A stretch of 64,000 nt of DNA from an uncultured Bacteroidales bacterium (GTDB lineage: Bacteria; Bacteroidota; Bacteroidia; Bacteroidales; CAYTAU01). Positions 40,247 through 48,615 of this stretch are shown here, piece by piece. Position numbers and translations under genes: made by a program. The stretch is taken from NCBI GenBank assembly GCA_964435855.1, contig CAYTAU010000006.1:2622-66621 (forward strand), read 5' to 3'. The notes beneath the pieces are model-generated. The model did no database searches and was not told the DNA's origin. It saw nothing but the letters and a program-made list of their open reading frames with translations. How positions within the stretch are numbered: position 1 is the first letter of the stretch; the number at the start of each line of letters is the position of its first letter.

Positions 40247-40813
40247 TTAGAATTTTAATGAAAAACCTGCTGCTGCCCAAAGTTGACCAACTCCTACAAA
40301 AGAATAAAAACTGAATTTATTGTTAAAGTTGTATCTGCCTCCCACGTATAGTCCTGTAGATACAGTAACTCTATGCGAATTATAATCGCTCTGATATAAT
40401 TTTAATCCTGCACTTGCTTTCGCAAAAAGATCGTATTTGTCAGGCATAGCTTCAAATAACCAATCGAAATAATAATGTGCATTTGCTGTAATATGTATAT
40501 CTGTTCCACTCATTGTTTTAAAGACTCCATTTACTTTATCCGAATAAGTTCCTGTTGATAAAATTATTTCCGGACCAAGAGTTAAATTGTCTGTAAACAT
40601 TGGTATCTCAAAATTGACTCCCCCACATAAAGCAGCGGTATTATAACTTTTGTTTAAGCCAAATGTTCCCAATCCTGCGTAAAAATTAAATGTCGAAGTT
40701 ACTTCTTCACTATCAGTATTTTTTGTTGTCTTATTATCGTCGCCATCGTTTCCGGCAATTAAAACATTTGAAAAAATGCACCCAAGCAATATAATAATCC
40801 AAATAGATTTCAT
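40247..40813 (-). CDS. small outer-membrane beta-barrel protein (OmpW/porin-family-like)
   Basis: Signal peptide, alternating beta-strand pattern, Gly/aromatic-rich composition and terminal ..AAAGFSLKF. 188 aa. Confidence 0.6.
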   Translation of the reverse strand: MKSIWIIILLGCIFSNVLIAGNDGDDNKTTKNTDSEEVTSTFNFYAGLGTFGLNKSYNTAALCGGVNFEIPMFTDNLTLGPEIILSTGTYSDKVNGVFKTMSGTDIHITANAHYYFDWLFEAMPDKYDLFAKASAGLKLYQSDYNSHRVTVSTGLYVGGRYNFNNKFSFYSFVGVGQLWAAAGFSLKF

Positions 40814-40986
40814 TTTAGTAAAAAATTAAATTTTAAATACTATTTCTGTGTGCAACAAAAATATATACTATTACCAAATACACAAAACTAATTAACAATA
40901 TTTTATTAATAATTATAATATGTAAAATATAAGCCCTTTATGTTTATTCTTGTAATTTCACTTTTAGAAAATATATTATTTCAATT

Positions 40987-41028
40987 TGCAAATTGCTTTT
41001 TCTACAGTATGGATTGCGGGAAACAAAT
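40987..41028 (+). repeat. direct repeat copy B (relic gene 3' end, still in frame: LQIAFSTVWIAGNKL*)
   Basis: tgcaaattgctttttctacagtatggattgcgggaaacaaat. It lies in intergenic DNA 811 bp downstream of copy A. Confidence 0.85.
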
Positions 41029-41064
41029 TGTAATTCCTACACATACCTTTAATCCCTAAAGGGC

Positions 41065-41280
41065 AAAGTCATTAAATTAAGCTATAAGTATAAGTTTATC
41101 AGTTGCCCCGCCTTTTAAGGCGGGGATGTAAGTATTATAAAAACAGGGCTTTAGCCCAAAAGTCTTTTAAATCCGTACTTAATTAATAAATTCTTTATAT
41201 TCGTTTTGGGCTGAAGCCCATTTAATTTTCGTACTTCAACCCCCGACCTAAAGGTCGGGGCAACTGAACTTAATGACATT
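41065..41280. mobile_element. MITE-like nested palindromic element (copy 1)
   Basis: Terminal inverted repeats gtcattaa..cagttgccccgcc and ggtcggggcaactgaacttaatgac enclose the hairpins ccccgccttttaaggcgggg, gggctttagccc, gggctgaagccc and ccccgacctaaaggtcgggg. It has no coding capacity. Confidence 0.45.
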
Positions 41281-41309
41281 TCCATAAAAGAAAACCAACA
41301 CGCACAACA

Positions 41310-42932
41310 TCATTCCTTCACAAACTTCTTTGTATGCTTACCAATTTTTACAAAATAAACTCCATTTGGCAAGTCGGAAATATCGACAGATTGCCGCACA
41401 ACTTCGTTGCTCGCAATGACGGTATGTTTTAATGACGTTGACAAAACAACTTTTCCTTTAACATCAATAATTTGTAAGTTCTTGTTTTTTAAGTCCCCTT
41501 TAGGGGATTTAGGGGTCATTTCAACAAACAGTGTGTTTGTTGTAGGATTTGGATACAACTTAAAACCAATTTCCTCTGTATTTATTTCACTCATTCCTGT
41601 ACCTAAAACAACAACAATATCTTTACATGCAGTTTTCACACAACCAGTATCATTTACTGTTACACATACATTATAAATTCCTGTATCTGTGTAAATGTGG
41701 CTTGGGTCTTTTACATTATCTGTTGTTGTATCTCCAAAATCCCAAGACCATGTTTGTACATAAGCATTGTTATTGTAAAACTGTACTTCTGCTTCTCCGC
41801 TTACCATGTAAAAAGTATCAGTATATGTTTGTACACGTGGTTTTAGATATTTGCATGTAGTATCGGGTGGCATATACCACTTTGCCAGTACTCCTCTTGT
41901 TTCATCGTATGGTTCGTAAGCAACAGTTCCTCCTACATATAATGTATCTCTATAAATTACCATATCATGTACAGCCCAGCCAACACTATCACCAACCATA
42001 TGCCAATCTGTTCCATCCCAACGGGCAAGATGCCCTGTAAAAACTCCGCCTATTTGGTCTGTCCATAATCCAGCATAAACATCTCCCCTGTATAATTCTA
42101 TTGAATATGCTACTGATGGATTACCATTTCCATAACCTACCTTACTCCATTTAAATCCATCCCATATTGCCACATTGTCTGTATGAATTGTATCATCAAC
42201 TATAGTAAATCCTCCAGAAACATAAAGAAAATTATTAAATGTATCTACTTTCATATCATCTGGATAATCATTTACATATCCTCCAACCATTTCCCAAGAA
42301 TTTAAGCTGTCATTATATTTTTCAATTGATGGCCATAAACCTATTGCATATAATTCTCCATCATATACTTCTACCTTAAAGCCGGTATCGGGTAATCCTC
42401 CTAACTGAAAATAATTTGATTCATTGTATCCAACAATATCATTAAAAAATGTTGACCCAATTAAACCAACAAAGCCAGTAAAAACTAAATTATTATTATA
42501 AGATACCATTGATCTGGGGTCTCCGCTTAATTCTCCATAAGAATTATTTAAACCACTCCAATTTGTACCATCCCATTTAGCAATATACTTTGTATTAGGG
42601 ACGTAATTAACATGAAAGAAATTTCCTCCAATATATATATTATTGTTAAACTTATATACACTCTTTACAATATCAGTATGAAATAAACCTAAATAAAGCG
42701 GATCCCAATTATCTCCATTCCATGCACCAATACAATACAAAAGAGTTGAACCTCCATGTTTAAAAAAACCTCCTACATATAATATACTATCACCATCAGG
42801 ATACATACAACTTACACTAACATTTCCTCCATCATAATGTAGTGTGTCTTCATTTTCAAAAACATACCAATATTGAGAGAATAGATTTGCAGTTAACAAC
42901 AATAAAGCAATATTTAATATTAACTTTCTCAT
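41310..42932 (-). CDS. T9SS cargo: beta-propeller-repeat + PKD domain protein with type-A CTD
   Basis: Signal peptide, repeated ..LYVGG.F....IA.WDG..W.. units, a PKD domain (WSWDFGDTTTDNVKDPSHIYTDTGIYNV) and a CTD (LYPNPTTNTLFVE...GVYFVKIG). It is the intact paralogue of 61829-63489. Confidence 0.8.
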   Translation of the reverse strand: MRKLILNIALLLLTANLFSQYWYVFENEDTLHYDGGNVSVSCMYPDGDSILYVGGFFKHGGSTLLYCIGAWNGDNWDPLYLGLFHTDIVKSVYKFNNNIYIGGNFFHVNYVPNTKYIAKWDGTNWSGLNNSYGELSGDPRSMVSYNNNLVFTGFVGLIGSTFFNDIVGYNESNYFQLGGLPDTGFKVEVYDGELYAIGLWPSIEKYNDSLNSWEMVGGYVNDYPDDMKVDTFNNFLYVSGGFTIVDDTIHTDNVAIWDGFKWSKVGYGNGNPSVAYSIELYRGDVYAGLWTDQIGGVFTGHLARWDGTDWHMVGDSVGWAVHDMVIYRDTLYVGGTVAYEPYDETRGVLAKWYMPPDTTCKYLKPRVQTYTDTFYMVSGEAEVQFYNNNAYVQTWSWDFGDTTTDNVKDPSHIYTDTGIYNVCVTVNDTGCVKTACKDIVVVLGTGMSEINTEEIGFKLYPNPTTNTLFVEMTPKSPKGDLKNKNLQIIDVKGKVVLSTSLKHTVIASNEVVRQSVDISDLPNGVYFVKIGKHTKKFVKE

Positions 42933-43021
42933 ATTATTTGGTTTCTTATAAGACTCAAAATCTTTAATAAAGCTTGCATAAAGATAATAAAAATAATTAG
43001 AAAAGCAAGTTTTTGTGCAAA

Positions 43022-43077
43022 CAAAAAGACCGCTAATACCAATTAAACATTATTGCAATTGGTATAGATAGCGGTCT
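43022..43077 (-). terminator. strong intrinsic terminator for the 118-aa gene
   Basis: agaccgcta-ataccaatt...aattggtat-aga-tagcggtct forms about 18 bp of stem, followed on the minus strand by ttttt. Confidence 0.7.
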
Positions 43078-43087
43078 GTAATTTGTT

Positions 43088-43444
43088 TTACGAACTTTGT
43101 TCTTTCTTTTTCTGAGGTGAGCTATCTACTTCAAAACCCCATTTTCCAAGTTCGTGAGGATTTTTAACATACATAGCTTTTAAAAACTGTGCAATGTTTC
43201 TGATAACTGTAACAGCACCATCCCACTCTTTATCTCTCAATTCGGTTTCGTTTTCGGCAAGCTTTTCAAGCTCGTCCTTTTTTTTGTTGTGGTCATCAGA
43301 ATCTGTTTTTGCACTTTCTAAGTTTTTCATATCAAAAACTTTGGTTAGCGGACTTTTGTCGCCCAGCTCTTTGTGTCTTTTTAAGACTTCTCCTCCAAGA
43401 ATACTTTGCAACTCGAAATTTCTTGGAATTACAATTCTAGACAT
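43088..43444 (-). CDS. hypothetical protein (118 aa, charged/helical centre)
   Basis: Clean ORF with its own terminator. I recognise no motif. It lies adjacent to the 21-bp-phased repeat array. Confidence 0.5.
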   Translation of the reverse strand: MSRIVIPRNFELQSILGGEVLKRHKELGDKSPLTKVFDMKNLESAKTDSDDHNKKKDELEKLAENETELRDKEWDGAVTVIRNIAQFLKAMYVKNPHELGKWGFEVDSSPQKKKEQSS

Positions 43445-43511
43445 ATTTTTAAATATTTTAAATACAAGTGCATTCTTGTATTATATATATTGATACGCAA
43501 TATTTTATAAA

Positions 43512-43830
43512 ATGTTATACGGGGAATTAAAAATGTTCTTTAGTAAAAGTCATTTTTACTATCGTACAAAGGCGATGTTCTGTAGTCCGATTGACCCGCA
43601 CCGTAGTACAAGTCTCATGTTCTATCGTACAAGTGCTTCGTATTGGTGTGCAAGCCCCATGTCCTATCGTACAAAGGCTCTGTACTGGTGTACGAGCCCT
43701 ATGTTCTGTCGTGCAGGGGTGATGTTCTTTAGTGAGATTCGTTTTCGCTATCGTACAAGGCTAATGTTCTTTAGTGAAAATCGTTTTCACTGTCGTACAT
43801 ATCGAAAATACTATCGTTTTATACTAAAAA
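43512..43830. repeat. degenerate 21-bp-phased (21/42-bp unit) tandem array, about 15 phases
   Basis: ATGTTCT restarts at 43533, 43575, 43617, 43659, 43701, 43722 and 43764. CTATCGTACAAG-like cores are at 43559, 43601, 43622, 43643, 43664, 43685 and 43706. Spacings are exactly 21 or 42 bp. Confidence 0.85.
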
Positions 43831-43914
43831 ACTATTGTGAAAATGAATTGTTACCTAGTACTAGGGACAGGTTTACGATTACAATTAGCGCTGTGTAATA
43901 ATTCAATATCAGCA

Positions 43915-44988
43915 CTATAAGTCTTTTTCTGTTTTTAATTTTTTAACATTAAATCGCCTGCCATAGAAAAACCTTACATTGCCAAACTCATAGTTTAGTC
44001 TTGAAATATCCTTATTATCGTTTTTGTTGTTAAATGCATAATTATCGTTAATGGCAGATATTCCCAAAAACCATTTGTCTTTGTTAATACCAAAAGCAAG
44101 TCTGGCTTGGGTTCTTCCCGAAATGGCATTTTTATCTACATTATATTCAGGATTAACGGTGTATGTGTTAATCTTTTGCATTGAAATACCAAGAATTAAA
44201 GACATTGTAACAAAATAATGTTTATGAATTATAAAAGTCTGTATATATCCAAATGCCGGTCCGTAATTGAATGCAACAGAGGCTACAATATCGTTTTTGG
44301 GATTAATATTATTTTTTACTTCTATAGGTATTAGACTTGAATCTCCCGCTATTGCCAAAAGCGAAAAATATCCGCCAAGCAAAAATGAGCCGGCACTTTT
44401 CTTTTGCCGTTCATTTAAGATAAAAGAAGCTTTATATGATAATTTATTATATTTTAAAGTATATACTCCACTAAAGCCCAAAGCCAGAGTTCCAATATCC
44501 GGTCTTTGAGGAAAAGGTAAAGTGTCTGTCCATATACTATTATATTTTTGTGGATCTAATAAGTAATAGCCTGTATAGTTCTGCAAATAAGTGTCAAATG
44601 TAAATTTTCGGGAATATGCATTTATTTGCATATCAAACTGCTTGGTTTCACCATAAATATCATTATCGTTGTTTTTTGAGCCTCCTAAATTAAACGCAAA
44701 TCCAAATCCTATCAATTTATAGATCACACCAATTCCCAAATTTACTTTTTGATTAGGACTATATTGAATAGTGCTGTTCAATAATGGGTCGAACAATGAA
44801 ATTTTATTCGACTTTGTTATTGTAAATAATTTTAATGTTAGTTGATCTGGATATCGTTTTATATAATTTGTATCTATTTCTATTTTTACAGTATCGCGAA
44901 CTTCAATCTCTGATTGAGAATAAACAATATTTGCTGATATAAAAAACAGAAATATTATTAAAATATATTTCAGATAGCATGTAATCAT
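43915..44988 (-). CDS. hypothetical secreted protein, probable outer-membrane beta-barrel
   Basis: Signal peptide and an alternating aromatic/Gly-rich strand pattern. 357 aa. I am not confident of any family assignment. Confidence 0.5.
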   Translation of the reverse strand: MITCYLKYILIIFLFFISANIVYSQSEIEVRDTVKIEIDTNYIKRYPDQLTLKLFTITKSNKISLFDPLLNSTIQYSPNQKVNLGIGVIYKLIGFGFAFNLGGSKNNDNDIYGETKQFDMQINAYSRKFTFDTYLQNYTGYYLLDPQKYNSIWTDTLPFPQRPDIGTLALGFSGVYTLKYNKLSYKASFILNERQKKSAGSFLLGGYFSLLAIAGDSSLIPIEVKNNINPKNDIVASVAFNYGPAFGYIQTFIIHKHYFVTMSLILGISMQKINTYTVNPEYNVDKNAISGRTQARLAFGINKDKWFLGISAINDNYAFNNKNDNKDISRLNYEFGNVRFFYGRRFNVKKLKTEKDL

Positions 44989-45058
44989 TATATTGCTTAG
45001 CTATAAAGATAAATTTGTTAAAATTTGACTGACAAAAATATACAAAAAAATAAGTAAA

Positions 45059-45291
45059 TTCAAACTGATTTCAGAAATTTAAGCAATATTAAATCAGTAG
45101 CCCCGTCCTTTAGGTCGGGGACAAGAATAAGAGCATAATGCCCTCTGCAAAATTTTGTTCATTTTATAGAATAGGGAAATAAAATGAACAAAATTTTGCA
45201 GAGGTGGGTGTTGTCTAAATTTATACCCCGCCTTAAAAGACGGGGCTATTAAATAGACACGACTATTGATTTTCTATGAAATCAGTTTGAA
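45059..45291. mobile_element. MITE-like nested palindromic element (copy 2)
   Basis: Outer inverted repeat ttcaaactgatttca..agaaa / tttct..tgaaatcagtttgaa. Terminal-module hairpins are cagtagccccgtcctttaggtcgggg and ccccgccttaaaagacggggctatt. At the centre is a perfect 26-bp stem (45142-45167 / 45179-45204) with an 11-nt loop. Confidence 0.5.
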
Positions 45292-45306
45292 CTCACAAAA
45301 ATAATA

Positions 45307-46305
45307 TTACATATTAGCTTCTTTTTCTTCCTCTTTTTCTTTTGTAAAACTAATATCTCTTGTAAGATTAATAAGGAAAGAATAATTTATTCCAAGCTGT
45401 GTTTCATTATAATATTGATATATGGGGTAATCGAACATAAAGGAAACATTCCATTTTTTATGTATTGTTACATTAAGCTGCGGAGCTACATAAAAAAGGC
45501 AAGCACCTGAGGCAGGAACAATTTCATTATTCTGAATTCGCTTTGCCTTTATTTCGTTTCTAAGTTGAAAAATAACAGTCCATATTCCATCGCCTGTTGT
45601 CCATGGCAGCCATAAATGTTTTGAAACAAAAAATGAAGTGTAATATACGCTCCCGAATTTATATTGAACATTATTCATAAAATAATCTTCTTTATTTTTA
45701 AAATTATATTCAAATCGATTTATTAAAAAATAGCGTAATCCTTTAAAGGAATTTTCTTTTATTAGGAATAACTGAGCAACTATTCCATACGAACCCATTG
45801 TTGGCTGTACATCAATAGACAAATCGTTATTGTTTTGTTGTATTGCAAAAGATTGCAGTGGTATTCTGCCTCCAATACCTGCTGTTATCTCAAATCTCTT
45901 TTCTTTATTACTATATAAATTAAATTTTCCCGATATTACCGCATTTGATAATCCTCTACCTGTATCGGGATCAATACTGAACATAGGATATTCTTGTATT
46001 TTATTAACAAAGTATCCTAATTCGGCTTCAATAGTTATTTTATCGCTTAATCCGTATCCTAACAGTGTTCCAATATAATTGTATCTTGCCTTTTTTAAAT
46101 TATAATCGGTTCTTTCATCACCACTAAAATATTTATCGGCACAGGCATGTTTATAAAAAGATGATATTCTTATTGTTTTTTTGTTTACTGTTCCCATATT
46201 CGCAGTTCCGCCTATAGGATTACCTGAAGAAGAAAAACATTGCGAATATAAATCAATATAAAAAAAGGACAATAATATCAGAAAAAATATAAGTTTATTG
46301 AACAT
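45307..46305 (-). CDS. hypothetical secreted protein, probable outer-membrane beta-barrel
   Basis: Signal peptide and a beta-strand-rich, aromatic-rich sequence. It overlaps the upstream lipoprotein gene by 11 nt, suggesting an operon. Confidence 0.5.
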   Translation of the reverse strand: MFNKLIFFLILLSFFYIDLYSQCFSSSGNPIGGTANMGTVNKKTIRISSFYKHACADKYFSGDERTDYNLKKARYNYIGTLLGYGLSDKITIEAELGYFVNKIQEYPMFSIDPDTGRGLSNAVISGKFNLYSNKEKRFEITAGIGGRIPLQSFAIQQNNNDLSIDVQPTMGSYGIVAQLFLIKENSFKGLRYFLINRFEYNFKNKEDYFMNNVQYKFGSVYYTSFFVSKHLWLPWTTGDGIWTVIFQLRNEIKAKRIQNNEIVPASGACLFYVAPQLNVTIHKKWNVSFMFDYPIYQYYNETQLGINYSFLINLTRDISFTKEKEEEKEANM

Positions 46306-46663
46306 ATACAGTTATCTCTTTTGTTGCGGAATTGTTTTCATTACTAACTTTACATGTAATAGTAGTGTTTAACACTGTACAGGCAGATGGAGCATAATAA
46401 ACTGTATTTCCATCTCCAATAATATCGCCTTGTTCCGGTATCCACACATATAATAATTCTTCTCCTGTTGCAAGCGCAGTAAGTTTTGTAGTTTCAGGGA
46501 AAGATAATGTGTCATCTTCTGTTGTGAGACTGGTAAAAGAAAATGGAGTTGGAATTGGCTCGGGCTCGGGCTCCGGTTCCGGTTCTTTTTCACATTTGCA
46601 AAAAACAAATATATAAAACACTAATATTGCTATTATTGACAGATATTTTTTGATATTTTTCAT
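46295..46663 (-). CDS. small lipoprotein with (EP)5 linker
   Basis: Signal peptide with Cys (FVFCKC), then EPEPEPEPEPIPTP, then an Ig-like beta domain of about 80 aa. Confidence 0.5.
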   Translation of the reverse strand: MKNIKKYLSIIAILVFYIFVFCKCEKEPEPEPEPEPIPTPFSFTSLTTEDDTLSFPETTKLTALATGEELLYVWIPEQGDIIGDGNTVYYAPSACTVLNTTITCKVSNENNSATKEITVYVQ

Positions 46664-46700
46664 ATTACGGTTTATAATTTATATTGTTTATCGTTTGTTT

Positions 46701-46728
46701 GACCCCTAAATCCCCTAAAAGGGGACTT
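46701..46728 (+). repeat. intergenic copy of the CCCCTAAA hairpin element
   Basis: gacccctaaatcccctaaaaggggactt. The same element occurs on the opposite strand inside CDSs at 41491-41517 and 61992-62018. Confidence 0.8.
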
Positions 46729-46835
46729 TTGATTTTTGTTTTTTAATGGTCATTAAATCATATTTTGTTTCAAGTTTTCAAATAATGTTTTGCCTCTAAT
46801 TCCTCCCCTTTGGGGAGGCTAGGAGGGGCTTTTAT

Positions 46836-48611
46836 TTAATCTTTTACGCATCTAACAGACATTCCGTATGTTTTTGGGAAAGTGTTATATCTTCCAATTG
46901 TTGATGCTGCAGAAGATAAACATCTTCGGTAATTCATGCTTCCACTCTCTGTTGATGTATGAAGATAGCCATAACTACCGGCTAAACTAAATGAATTTCC
47001 ATTATTACATCTTCCTCCCATAAGAAAATCAAATCCTGAAGTTCCACCTGGTTTTATTTTTGTGCCTTCATCTGTTCCTCTCCATATATTATTTGTGTTT
47101 GCAGTTGCAGTATCCATTCCCACAGCCATTTCAAGTATTATTATTTCCCAATCGCTTGGAATATGCCAGCCAACAGGACAAATACCCTGTGCACTTGGGC
47201 TTATAGAATATTGCATTAATTCGTTCCACTGATATAAGCCACCATAGGTATCACAATATGTAGTATCGTTACCATAACAATATTTTTCATAAACACCATT
47301 ATCCGATTGAACAGAATCGCCATCTAAGCGAACACCAATATTCATATTTTTTGTCATCCAGCATTGTGAGCCTATCTGAACTGTAGGATATTTTTTTCCA
47401 TCTCTTATATCTGTTAAAGTGTCTCCGCAAACAAAAACAAACGGAGCAAATCCAATAATAACAATATCGGATGAAACACCACAAAAATTTGATATTTCCC
47501 ATACAAGTTCATATGAATTATCTGGTTGTCCTGTAAATGTACTTGCAGGATTATTAATATCATTTATATTTCCCCCTGTTCCTGAAAATATTGACCATGT
47601 TCCTGTTCCAATTACAGGAGTGTTTCCATTTAAACTTGTAGAATTTCCTGCCAATCCTGTTTGGTCAGTGCCTGCATTTGCAATTGTGGGTTGATTATCA
47701 ACAATAAGGCTTGTTGATGTTGAAGGACTGTTACCACATGAATTTGAAGCATAAACAGAGTAAGTTCCCGCATGTGAAGAATTAATACTGTAAATTATAG
47801 GATTCTGATTATTTGAAGTAAATCCATTTGGTCCGCTCCATGTATATCCTGTTGCACCTGCCGATGTTGTTGCATATAAATACAGATCAAAGCCATCACA
47901 AACAGTATCATTGCTACTAGCAATGGGTGTAGGTGGAGTAATACAGTTCCCACACAATTCCCACCAGCCATTAGATTTAAATATATTTATGCAATCTGAA
48001 TCAAGATTATAAATCATTAAACCTACAGCGGGAGTTGATATCAAATCTCTCTGAGCTTCAGTCATTACGGGTGGTAAAAATCCTTTACTGGTTGAGTTAA
48101 GTTCAAGTATTGCTGAATTATCAGCAGAATTTGTACCTATTGCAACATTACCTGTATTATAATAAATTCCGTTTCCTGAAGTAAACCATTGACTTGTTCC
48201 GTTTGCTGATTCCAAAGAATAAAACGCAAAAGGAACAGTTAATAATTGTGAAGTGCCAATAAGTGTGAAATTAGTTCCTCCTATAACATCCATTTCTACT
48301 TTAAGCCACTTTGTATTACCATTTGACCAAGGAATTAAAGAAAAATTGTTGACTGTACTTCCTTCGCTAATAGAAACAGAAAACAAACCCAGTTCGTTTG
48401 TTGTAAGATAATGTATTTCAGAATAAACAGATGTACCTGTTTCAGAACCATCTAAAATACTTAATTGCAAACTAATATCTTGGTTTGGCATTGCCTGCCC
48501 TAAGATATCTCTTGCAACACCCTGATAATTCATTCCCTGTGGTACTTGTGAAAATACATTGATAAACAGGAAAATAAAAAATACTATAAAGCTATACTTA
48601 AAATGTTTCAT
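46836..48611 (-). CDS. secreted protein with C-terminal FISUMP (Fibrobacter succinogenes major paralogous) domain
   Basis: DIRDGKKYPTVQIGSQCWMTKNMN...GGLYQWNE...CPVGWHIPSDWE...RCVKD matches the TIGR02145-type pattern. The N-terminal part is signal peptide plus Ig-like regions. Confidence 0.75.
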   Translation of the reverse strand: MKHFKYSFIVFFIFLFINVFSQVPQGMNYQGVARDILGQAMPNQDISLQLSILDGSETGTSVYSEIHYLTTNELGLFSVSISEGSTVNNFSLIPWSNGNTKWLKVEMDVIGGTNFTLIGTSQLLTVPFAFYSLESANGTSQWFTSGNGIYYNTGNVAIGTNSADNSAILELNSTSKGFLPPVMTEAQRDLISTPAVGLMIYNLDSDCINIFKSNGWWELCGNCITPPTPIASSNDTVCDGFDLYLYATTSAGATGYTWSGPNGFTSNNQNPIIYSINSSHAGTYSVYASNSCGNSPSTSTSLIVDNQPTIANAGTDQTGLAGNSTSLNGNTPVIGTGTWSIFSGTGGNINDINNPASTFTGQPDNSYELVWEISNFCGVSSDIVIIGFAPFVFVCGDTLTDIRDGKKYPTVQIGSQCWMTKNMNIGVRLDGDSVQSDNGVYEKYCYGNDTTYCDTYGGLYQWNELMQYSISPSAQGICPVGWHIPSDWEIIILEMAVGMDTATANTNNIWRGTDEGTKIKPGGTSGFDFLMGGRCNNGNSFSLAGSYGYLHTSTESGSMNYRRCLSSAASTIGRYNTFPKTYGMSVRCVKD

Positions 48612-48615
48612 GTTT

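Noticed and set aside
43512-43830. CRISPR array
   Set aside because: The units are only 21 or 42 bp. The repeats are degenerate rather than near-identical, there is no alternation of conserved repeat with unique spacer, and there are no cas genes anywhere in the window.
43512-43898. 128-aa ORF (MLYGELKMFFSKSHFYYRTKAMF...) spanning the repeat array
   Set aside because: Its 7/14-aa periodicity simply reflects the 21/42-bp DNA repeat. Its composition is extreme (Cys, Trp, Arg, Tyr, Phe, Met rich). It has no plausible signal or fold. I treat it as non-coding unless homologues are found.
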